A stretch of DNA of 64,000 nucleotides from a bacterium (GTDB lineage: Bacteria > Patescibacteriota > Patescibacteriia > UBA9934). Positions 56,859-64,000 of this stretch are shown here, piece by piece. The notes below the pieces were generated by a model that was not told the origin of the DNA, made no database searches, and was given only the letters and a program-made list of their open reading frames with translations. The position numbers and the translations under genes were made by a program. Position 1 is the first letter of the stretch. Every line of letters begins with the position of its first letter. The stretch spans positions 6,416-70,415 of the forward strand of contig JAGVNL010000026.1 of NCBI GenBank assembly GCA_020053275.1, in the 5' to 3' direction.

Positions 56859-56906
56859 AGTTTGTAGATAGTAGAATGTAGATGGGCCTGCCCAGCTCCG
56901 CCGGGT
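56859..56906. repeat. 48-bp heptamer plus hairpin element upstream of dnaK
   Basis: agtttgtagatagtagaatgtagatgggcctgcccagctccgccgggt. Confidence 0.9.
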
Positions 56907-56908
56907 AG

Positions 56909-57475
56909 TTAACTCGTTAGTTTTTCGTTCACAATCACCTTCGATGGCCTTAGCACAATCTCGCCGAGCTTCCAGCCTTTAATCAGCTCCTCGACCACTT
57001 CATGCTCTGGCCGAGCCTCGTCAAACTTACTCCCACCAGATTCGTGAATGTTAGGATTGAACGGTTCGCCCACGGCTTTGATTGGTTCAACGCCGAGCGT
57101 CTTAAGCACTTCCTCAAACTGCCGAGCGATGTGTGTTATTCCAGCAAACCAACTTTTGAGATTATCTGGCACTTCAGTTGGCGCAAACTTGATCGCCTGA
57201 TCAAAGTTATCCACAACCGGCAGTAACTCTTGCGCCATGTTGATGCGGACTCGTCGTCGATCGTCATCTCGCGCTTCCGAGTTTCGTTTCTGCAAATTCT
57301 CGTAATCGGCGAGCGCTCGTTTCCAACCTGCGAGATATTCAGCGTTTTGTTCTTCCAAAGTTGGCGTCGACCCACCTACTGGCGAGCCAGCACCCTCATT
57401 ATTTACATCCTCCCCTAGCCCCTCCATACCTGGAGAGGTATTTACAATGTCATCGTTTAAATTTTGATCGGTCAT
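56909..57475 (-). CDS. grpE: Nucleotide exchange factor GrpE
   Basis: RALADYENLQKR, LLPVVDNF, GEPFNPNIHE, KGWKL..LRPSKV. Confidence 0.96.
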   Translation of the reverse strand: MTDQNLNDDIVNTSPGMEGLGEDVNNEGAGSPVGGSTPTLEEQNAEYLAGWKRALADYENLQKRNSEARDDDRRRVRINMAQELLPVVDNFDQAIKFAPTEVPDNLKSWFAGITHIARQFEEVLKTLGVEPIKAVGEPFNPNIHESGGSKFDEARPEHEVVEELIKGWKLGEIVLRPSKVIVNEKLTS

Positions 57476-58182
57476 ACATCTGTAAAATTACTATCAAGCA
57501 TTTTTTTCACTTCTTGCAGTAAACCGATGTTGCGCCCGTACTTCATTCGTAACGGCCCGAGCAGTCCGAGCAAACCAACACTCCCGTCGGGCAGTCGCAC
57601 ACGAACAACGACCGTAGCCATCTCCGCACTTATGGGACTCTCACTCCCCAGCCACACTCTAACATCCTCTTGCGCTAGCTTTAGTAAAGCGTCCACCGCG
57701 TTATCTACCCGATCAATCGCGTCAGCAATCTCTTCACGATGACCTTCTACCTCGAACTCAGGTTTACGCATCAAGTTAGATAACCCCGTGTACTGCGTGG
57801 CGTGATTGTCACTCGCCACAAAGGCTGTTTCGCCACTCATCGAGGACAATGCTCGACTGACAGCGCGCAACACTTCTTCACTCGTCGACGCTTGTCCGAC
57901 GGCGACCTTCAGCTCTGCCGCGATCCTGTCCGCTCGTTCCACTTTCATGAAGTGGTCCAGGTAATAGCGGTAGGCAGCCTCGGTTGGCACACGCCCCGCC
58001 GAAGTATGCGGCTGGAGCAGAAACAGTGCCTCGGTTAACGCCATCAAGTCATTGCGCACTGTCGCCGGCGACACCGCTGGCAAGTGAGTATCTGCAATCA
58101 TTTTGCTGGCCACTGGTTCGGCTGTGCGGATATATTCCTCCACCACAGCTCGTAATATATTGGCTTGTCGGTCATTCAACAT
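57472..58182 (-). CDS. hrcA: Heat-inducible transcription repressor HrcA (short form)
   Basis: EYIRTAEPVASK, SPATVRND, QPHTSAGRVPT, LLGPLRMKY. Confidence 0.95.
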   Translation of the reverse strand: MLNDRQANILRAVVEEYIRTAEPVASKMIADTHLPAVSPATVRNDLMALTEALFLLQPHTSAGRVPTEAAYRYYLDHFMKVERADRIAAELKVAVGQASTSEEVLRAVSRALSSMSGETAFVASDNHATQYTGLSNLMRKPEFEVEGHREEIADAIDRVDNAVDALLKLAQEDVRVWLGSESPISAEMATVVVRVRLPDGSVGLLGLLGPLRMKYGRNIGLLQEVKKMLDSNFTDV

Positions 58183-58196
58183 ACGCCTAAAACAAA

Positions 58197-58237
58197 TTAG
58201 CAGTCTATAGTATAGAGTGCTAACTATTCTTCGTCAA
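58197..58237 (-). promoter_or_regulatory. Sigma-70 promoter of the hrcA operon overlapped by a CIRCE
   Basis: Minus strand TTGACG-17 bp-TATACT; TTAGCACTC-N9-GACTGCTAA at 58223-58197. Confidence 0.92.
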
Positions 58238-58245
58238 TAGTCATT

Positions 58246-59901
58246 TTAGGCCGCTTTTTGCTGCTTCGCGAGCTTCCGCCAACCGCTTTTTGCAATTTTC
58301 TTCTCTTTTAAGTACTGCCCCAAATGCTCGCCACCTAACACACTCGGAATAACAGCATAGGTTGCACCGAGCTTATAACAACGCGCTGCCTCCTCCGCAT
58401 TTTTTACAGTTACGATAATCGTCCCGTGAGCATGATGAGTTCGTAGGTAATCAAGCAAATCGATAGTAACTAGAATATCAGGAATAGTAGAAATTATCAG
58501 CTTCGCTCTAGCTACGCCAATAAAATGCAAAAGATCATCGCTCCCAGCGTCGCCATACATTGCAGCTATACCAGCACTCGCCAACTCTTCAATCACGACT
58601 GGATTATAATCGACAACCAGAGATGTGCCTGTCATTTTTTTAAGTTGCGGCCACAACCTACGGCCAGAGCGGCTATAACCAAAAAGTATATAATCCGCCA
58701 CCTCGGCAGACCGCTTGTCAATATGCTTACCAAGACCAAAGCGTTCCAGAACAACAGAGAAGTGTTCGTAAAGCTGTTCGTTGTAAGCAATAAAATATGA
58801 CGACAGCGTAATCGTAATCAACGCAACAATGGTAGCTAGAGCAAGCGAACTCTGCGTTACCAAACCAGCAGCAATTCCAGCCGTCAATAAAATAAATGAG
58901 AACTCACTAATCTGCGCCATGGTCGTACCAGTCAAAAAAGCAGTTCGTGGATGATAGCCTAATAACCGCATCAGTAACCAAGCGATAAGCGGATTACCCA
59001 CTAGAATATAGAGACTGATGACCACAGCCGGCAAGAGCAAAGCCTGCAAACTGCCGAGCGTCAACCCAGTACCGAGTACGATGAAGAATATAATGAGAAA
59101 AAAATCGCGCAGCGTTCGAATCTTTGCTTCAATCTCGTGCTGAAATCCACTAGCTGCCAAACTAATACCAGCCAACAACGCACCAATTTCAATACTAAAA
59201 CCAATATTAAGTAATATCGACGCCACCGCAAAACACCAACCAAGCGCCACCAAAAATAGTAATTCTTGCGAACGAGCAACAAACTTAAACAATAACGGCA
59301 ACACCGTTTTTGATAATAAGAAAAGGGCAACAACTACCAATACGCCCTTAACTAGTGATGTTGTTACAATTTGCGAAATAGAACCACCGTCATGCCAAGC
59401 ACCAAGCATGAGTAGCGCAAACATGGCCATCATGTCCTGCACAATTAGCATGCCGACGCTGATCCGACCGTAAAGCCGATCAAGGTCGTCTTTATCCGAC
59501 AGCAGCTTAACAATAATGATGGTTGACGAGAATGAAAACGCTAGGCCTAAAAATAAGCTCGTCGTTGTATCAAACCCAAGTGCGGTAGTAATGCCGTAAC
59601 CAATCGCGGAAGTAATAATCACCTGACAAATACCACCAATAAGAACAACTGGCCCGACATCACGAATACTCCGCCAATTCAGATTCAATCCCACAATAAA
59701 CAACAAGAGCGCAATCCCAAACTTTGACAAGCCACCAAGCACATCCGTGGACTGCACCAAGTTCATCACCCCCGGCCCCACCAATACACCAGTCAAAATG
59801 TATGCAATAATCAGCGGTTGCCTTAATTTATACGCCAAAATTGCGAGTATTCCCGCTATCACCATGACAACTCCCACCTCTACAAATAAATACTCCATCA
59901 T
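58246..59901 (-). CDS. CPA2 cation:proton antiporter with TrkA-N domain (KefB/KefC-like)
   Basis: LLFIVGL, FSSTIIIVK, LIVQD, QISEFSF, GYSRSG, YGDA. Confidence 0.9.
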   Translation of the reverse strand: MMEYLFVEVGVVMVIAGILAILAYKLRQPLIIAYILTGVLVGPGVMNLVQSTDVLGGLSKFGIALLLFIVGLNLNWRSIRDVGPVVLIGGICQVIITSAIGYGITTALGFDTTTSLFLGLAFSFSSTIIIVKLLSDKDDLDRLYGRISVGMLIVQDMMAMFALLMLGAWHDGGSISQIVTTSLVKGVLVVVALFLLSKTVLPLLFKFVARSQELLFLVALGWCFAVASILLNIGFSIEIGALLAGISLAASGFQHEIEAKIRTLRDFFLIIFFIVLGTGLTLGSLQALLLPAVVISLYILVGNPLIAWLLMRLLGYHPRTAFLTGTTMAQISEFSFILLTAGIAAGLVTQSSLALATIVALITITLSSYFIAYNEQLYEHFSVVLERFGLGKHIDKRSAEVADYILFGYSRSGRRLWPQLKKMTGTSLVVDYNPVVIEELASAGIAAMYGDAGSDDLLHFIGVARAKLIISTIPDILVTIDLLDYLRTHHAHGTIIVTVKNAEEAARCYKLGATYAVIPSVLGGEHLGQYLKEKKIAKSGWRKLAKQQKAA

Positions 59902-59985
59902 AGCCTCCAATCTATGATAAGATTATAGCACATTATTTTGACCTCACCCCTACTCCCCACTTAATTTATTTTGTTTCTTTACAAT

Positions 59986-60405
59986 ATGGACAAAAAAGAT
60001 TTGGTGGCAATATCCACCATTGTTACGAACGCAATTCAAGCCACGGTACCAAACATGATCGAGTCCGTAATCAAGAAAACGGTACCTGGCATGATTGAGG
60101 CTGCCATCAAGAAAACTGTACCTGACATAATCGAATCGGGAATCCAGAAAACAGTACCAGGCATGATACGAGAAACCGTCAAAGACTTACTCGAACAGAA
60201 TAACCACATCTTTAAACTGGAACTGCGTGACGAAATGTACGCCATGAACAAAGCCATGGAAAATCGCCTGACCAAAAAAATCGAGGACACCAGATCCGAA
60301 ACCATCACCGACATCGGCGAAATCCTTGACCAATCAATCCTTCCACAAATCGGCAACCACGAGCACCGTCTCTTTAAAATCGAAAATCGTCTAGCAATTT
60401 GCTGA
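59986..60405 (+). CDS. Hypothetical protein with four 12-aa tandem repeats and a coiled-coil end
   Basis: (K/A)TVPxMIExxIK x4; C-terminus HEHRLFKIE. Confidence 0.7.
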   Translation: MDKKDLVAISTIVTNAIQATVPNMIESVIKKTVPGMIEAAIKKTVPDIIESGIQKTVPGMIRETVKDLLEQNNHIFKLELRDEMYAMNKAMENRLTKKIEDTRSETITDIGEILDQSILPQIGNHEHRLFKIENRLAIC

Positions 60406-60429
60406 CCTGTTGGCTTGCTGTAGAGTCAC

Positions 60430-60459
60430 AAAAATACCTGACATCTGTCAGGTATTTTT
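60430..60459. terminator. Bidirectional terminator after tRNA-Glu
   Basis: aaaaatacctgac-atct-gtcaggtattttt. Confidence 0.85.
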
Positions 60460-60534
60460 TGGTGACTCTACCGGGAATCGAACCCGGATTAAAGGCTTGA
60501 GAAGCCTCTGTCCTAACCGTTAGACGATAGAGCC
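60460..60534 (-). tRNA. tRNA-Glu (CTC)
   Basis: ggctcta/tagagtc acceptor stem, anticodon loop ttCTCaa, GTTCGATTC, CCA. Confidence 0.96.
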
Positions 60535-60658
60535 ATGCTCTTAATTTCGTGCGAAGTGTAGCAAAACTAAGAATAAAAACAAGACCCCACGCCAGAAACG
60601 ACACGAGGCCGCTCCGGGTGGAGTACCTGTCGCCTAGCACGGGGTAGAAGTTCGCAGC

Positions 60659-61159
60659 CTACTGGCCATCAGCCTCGACTGTAGCGAAATAGTCGAACAC
60701 CGCCTGGTTGTTGCTGATCTTGGCTACAACCATGACACTATCAATGGCCTGCCAGCCGAGTGCCAAGCCAATCAGGTGATCCGCCAGCTCGTCGACAGGT
60801 GAAGCAAAACCCGAGGTCGAGACGATCCGTTCGCACTCCCCCATACGAACAGCACCCTGGTAGATGTGCTCCATGGAGTTGCGGCTACTCGTGTCCTGGA
60901 TCTCGAAGCTGAGGACACGGTCGTCGTACAAGCTGAGGCTGTACCCCTTCTTGATGCTGTGAAAGCCGTAGCGCAGCGACTGGTCCGCACTGATGTCGCC
61001 GATGGACACCACACAGATCAGCTTCCAGTGCGTGATTGGTTCGATCACCTTCTCCCACAGGGCAACGCAACAACCAGTGTCGGTTGGGTCGCCGCGCAAG
61101 GCGATGGGGATGACGATGTCTGTCACCACCCGGCGAGCAACCGCTGCAAAATGAGCCAT
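60659..61159 (-). CDS. Hypothetical protein (start uncertain; ORF extends to 61243)
   Basis: Long GC-richer ORF with a hairpin downstream; no family recognised. Confidence 0.55.
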   Translation of the reverse strand: MAHFAAVARRVVTDIVIPIALRGDPTDTGCCVALWEKVIEPITHWKLICVVSIGDISADQSLRYGFHSIKKGYSLSLYDDRVLSFEIQDTSSRNSMEHIYQGAVRMGECERIVSTSGFASPVDELADHLIGLALGWQAIDSVMVVAKISNNQAVFDYFATVEADGQ

Positions 61160-61280
61160 GAAGGCTTCTTCTCGAGGAGTTCTTTTGATGTCGTCAATAA
61201 GCAAAGTAGCCTCACAGAGTTGAGTATGCCACAGGGAATCCATAGCAATACCATCAGACTAACAGAATATATTGCTTGCG

Positions 61281-61313
61281 TCCACTTAGTGGAGTCGTCT
61301 TCCACTAAGTGGA
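61281..61313. repeat. Palindrome doublet or operator-like site between divergent orphans
   Basis: tccacttagtgga-gtcgtct-tccactaagtgga; the two units are exact reverse complements. Confidence 0.8.
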
Positions 61314-61397
61314 ATGAGTTGACCAAAAAACTAAAATGGGCTAATCTCAGCCTCGTCGATTGCTGGCAATCAAGCCAAAACTCGACCTGGAGCACTC

Positions 61398-62147
61398 ATG
61401 TCCATCGAACTCGTCAAAACTGAGCCAGCCAACCCAACCTCACAGGACGACAACACGAGCCTGGAACTCCACGGCCTCATGCCTCGCCCGTATATCGACA
61501 TCGTCCTCGAGCACCTAGCACTGCTCGCCGACACTCCCCGTTGCGACTGGCTGGCCGGCAATGTCCCCTTCGGCCAGTTGCCTCCCAACCTGCAGGGTCT
61601 CGCCGAGCTGCTGATCTGCGACGAGCTGGCCTGTCTGATTGGCCTGTTCATCCCCGAGGGCATCCGCGCCACCACCTGCAACAAGATCGTGCGCTACCTC
61701 AAGGCCATCAGCAAGAAGGTCAGCGGGATCGACAACCGTCTGTGCGTTGCCCTCGCCATCACCTGGTTCAACGACTACCGACGAGACAGGCAGAGCCTCA
61801 GTCCACAGATCCTCGACGCCGATCAGCGTGCCATCAACGCCATCACGGCGCTGAACCACGAGCCGCTAGCTCGCTGGTCGTTCAACAGTCGTACCTACAA
61901 GGAGCTCAACTCTGAGGGCAATGTGGCTATCCACGACTTGGTGGAGAACACCGTCGTCTGGCGCATCGACCGTATGGTCAAGCGAGTAGAGATCCCGGCC
62001 AGCCGCCGCCCCGCCACCTGCCATCGCCTGATCAGCGAGCTCAAGCATCTCAACGACTGGCGCGTCAGTAGAGCCTCGAACCGTCAGGTTGTTCTGCACA
62101 ACCAGGTCTGGCTCGCCCGCTACCGTGAAGGGTTGCTGCGGCCATGA
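61398..62147 (+). CDS. Hypothetical protein
   Basis: TTGACC-17-TAATCT promoter, GGAG SD, terminator gtctccc...gggagac followed by a T run. Confidence 0.65.
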   Translation: MSIELVKTEPANPTSQDDNTSLELHGLMPRPYIDIVLEHLALLADTPRCDWLAGNVPFGQLPPNLQGLAELLICDELACLIGLFIPEGIRATTCNKIVRYLKAISKKVSGIDNRLCVALAITWFNDYRRDRQSLSPQILDADQRAINAITALNHEPLARWSFNSRTYKELNSEGNVAIHDLVENTVVWRIDRMVKRVEIPASRRPATCHRLISELKHLNDWRVSRASNRQVVLHNQVWLARYREGLLRP

Positions 62148-62208
62148 CCCCTGTCTCCCCTCGCTTCGGCGAGCGGGAGACTCCTTTTTATGTTATACTT
62201 TTCGTAGT

Positions 62209-63330
62209 ATGAACCACGAATCCCTACAACCAAGAATAGATATTGATAAGGGTAGTATTATATTTCTACCTGACGCTGATAAAACAAGAACTCACCGAAA
62301 TAAATTAGACACACTCCGAGTAGCTGAACGCAACCGAATATTGCGCGAAGAACACAACAAACTGCTACAAATAGAAAGGAGTCAATCAGAAAACGACGAT
62401 ATAATTAAAACCACAGTTTTCCACGATGTTCTAAGAATGCAAAGCGAACTAGATTTTGATACTCGTGTCGTCGACTATTACAATAACCTAGCTGACAAAC
62501 GAGCCACTGCCTGGGAAGCTGGCGATCCAAAAGCCATTCACAATCTACAGATCAAAATTACCACACTAAGCAAAATCGCGCCGCTGCAAATCTCAGGGTT
62601 AGCTGCCGCCGACACCTCAAAAACATGGTATAATAAAAACAATATGACTGAAAAATTTTCCCAAAGCACAGCCGACCACGACTGGCAAGCACCCCGTCCC
62701 ACAATCGGTGAGCTACCAACCCCTGATTATCGTGGCGTTCACGCCAAAGAAGTCCATTCTGCACCAAATACCTTCGGCCGCGAAGCTTATTTGCATAACA
62801 TAAAACAACAAGACGCTGACATTGCAAACCTCGCAAAAACAGAAATACATAAAGATCTGCAAAATCTAGACCTCGATGTTTATAGCCGTGGCCTAAACAA
62901 AAGAATTAAATCTATAGAAAACAACATGGAAGACGCACCCGATTCCGACATTCGGGAATTACAATTACTTCGCGAAAAGCAAAAAGAAGTAAATGCAAGA
63001 TTAGCTATAAAGCCAGCAGCAGGCGTGCCAAAATTAGATAGTCAATTCGCCAGACGCCAAGAAATCGAAAAAGTTCGTCGCGAAGCAACAAAAATTATCG
63101 ATCAAATTAAATCCGTTACAGCCGAACGAGCTAAGCTGAGCTCCTGGAACCCCTTCAACTGGAGCCGCATTCGCGATCTTGATACTCACCTAGACACTCT
63201 CAAATCACGCAAGGAAGAATGGCAACTTCGCTCTAAGAGCAACGCCCTCCAAGAAAAACTATTCGCATCAAAAACCCCAGAATACAAAATTAACGACGAA
63301 GCAGATTTAGAAGAGTTGGAAACTGGCTAG
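62209..63330 (+). CDS. Hypothetical coiled-coil protein
   Basis: Charged helical ORF; TGnTATACT 9 nt before the ATG. Confidence 0.7.
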   Translation: MNHESLQPRIDIDKGSIIFLPDADKTRTHRNKLDTLRVAERNRILREEHNKLLQIERSQSENDDIIKTTVFHDVLRMQSELDFDTRVVDYYNNLADKRATAWEAGDPKAIHNLQIKITTLSKIAPLQISGLAAADTSKTWYNKNNMTEKFSQSTADHDWQAPRPTIGELPTPDYRGVHAKEVHSAPNTFGREAYLHNIKQQDADIANLAKTEIHKDLQNLDLDVYSRGLNKRIKSIENNMEDAPDSDIRELQLLREKQKEVNARLAIKPAAGVPKLDSQFARRQEIEKVRREATKIIDQIKSVTAERAKLSSWNPFNWSRIRDLDTHLDTLKSRKEEWQLRSKSNALQEKLFASKTPEYKINDEADLEELETG

Positions 63331-64000
63331 TGCCGTAACCAATATTTTTCCTGACGAACCAGCAGTTTAGCAGCATTAAGTGGATCCGCCACAATGTCCT
63401 TGACTGCTTTTTCTATTCTAGCACTTTGCGAACCCTTACAGAAAACTATATCGCCAGGCCGCACATTGGCATCTAAATAACGGCCAGCCTCCACCGGCGT
63501 CGCAAACCACACCACACAGTCTGCTGCCATGCCGGCCTCTACCGCCGCCTGCGCCGCGTCTTTCATTTCCTCACCAACTGCCACAAATAAATTTGCTACC
63601 TCGGCCACCCGCTTGCCAACCGCAATATGCTCATCACGGCTAATGCTACCAAGCTCCGCCATCTTGCCAAGAACCGCAATCCGGCGCATTTCCATCCTGT
63701 GCGGCACAAAACTATGCAGCACCTCTAAACCCGCTTTCATCGACGCTGGCGCTGCGTTATACGAATCATCAAGAATAAGGCTGCCACGAATCCCAGCCAG
63801 CGGGTTAAGTCGCCCGGCCACTGGTTGCATTCCCTTATTCAGTCTCTCAACCGCATCCGCCAGACTAACGCCAAGCTGATGAGCTACCGCAATCGCCGCC
63901 AAACAAGCCGAGATTGACGACCTGCCGAGGCAGTTCTTGAGTACCAGCTCCGCTTCCTCCCCAAACGCTTTAACTATTGCACGAGTACAGATGGTTGGTT
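63327..64000 (-). CDS. murF: UDP-MurNAc-tripeptide--D-Ala-D-Ala ligase, 3' part (runs off the window)
   Basis: ILDDSYNAAPASM, VLGKMAELG, KGSQ..RIE. Confidence 0.92.
   Translation of the reverse strand, partial: PTICTRAIVKAFGEEAELVLKNCLGRSSISACLAAIAVAHQLGVSLADAVERLNKGMQPVAGRLNPLAGIRGSLILDDSYNAAPASMKAGLEVLHSFVPHRMEMRRIAVLGKMAELGSISRDEHIAVGKRVAEVANLFVAVGEEMKDAAQAAVEAGMAADCVVWFATPVEAGRYLDANVRPGDIVFCKGSQSARIEKAVKDIVADPLNAAKLLVRQEKYWLRH

Noticed and set aside
1-64000. Alternative genetic code (TGA=Gly, as in Gracilibacteria/Absconditabacteria)
   Set aside because: Conserved genes are full length under code 11, and TGA is used as a stop in ATGA overlaps (44117-44120, 45727-45730).

Overview
Gene-dense bacterial chromosomal window with no rRNA, CRISPR, integrase or transposase. 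It uses genetic code 11 (TGA stops in ATGA overlaps at 44117 and 45727). Short alaS and hrcA, degenerate priA, infA-rpmJ-rpsM-rpsK-rpsD-rpoA-rplQ-rplM-rpsI detached from secY, and a VirB4/HerA-like ATPase suggest Patescibacteria (CPR, probably Parcubacteria/ABY1-like; inference). Content is mostly housekeeping: gltX, alaS, cysS, clpB, hrcA-grpE-dnaK-dnaJ with two CIRCE operators, ppa, priA-def-fmt, dnaX, era, dus, rimK-like, ribH, murJ, partial murF, a glycosylation cluster, three tRNAs (Arg-CCG, Gln-CTG, Glu-CTC) and scattered orphans. The most striking signal is a set of small palindromic DNA elements, several of them in-frame inside coding genes. A 39-bp palindrome doublet occurs in two unrelated glycosyltransferases and gives the same RSLRDxxGHLET peptide. 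A ~150-bp cloverleaf-forming insert sits in the tRNA-dihydrouridine synthase gene. Three more palindrome doublets are intergenic, and a GTAG-heptamer/hairpin element is tied to heat-shock genes. Also notable are a ~170-nt 6S-like structured element, RpoA without its C-terminal domain, a minimal degenerate UvrA-like protein, a beta-barrel-like secreted protein beside an orphan CdiI-like gene, and many apparently leaderless promoters. All calls come from reading the sequence by eye; no searches were run.
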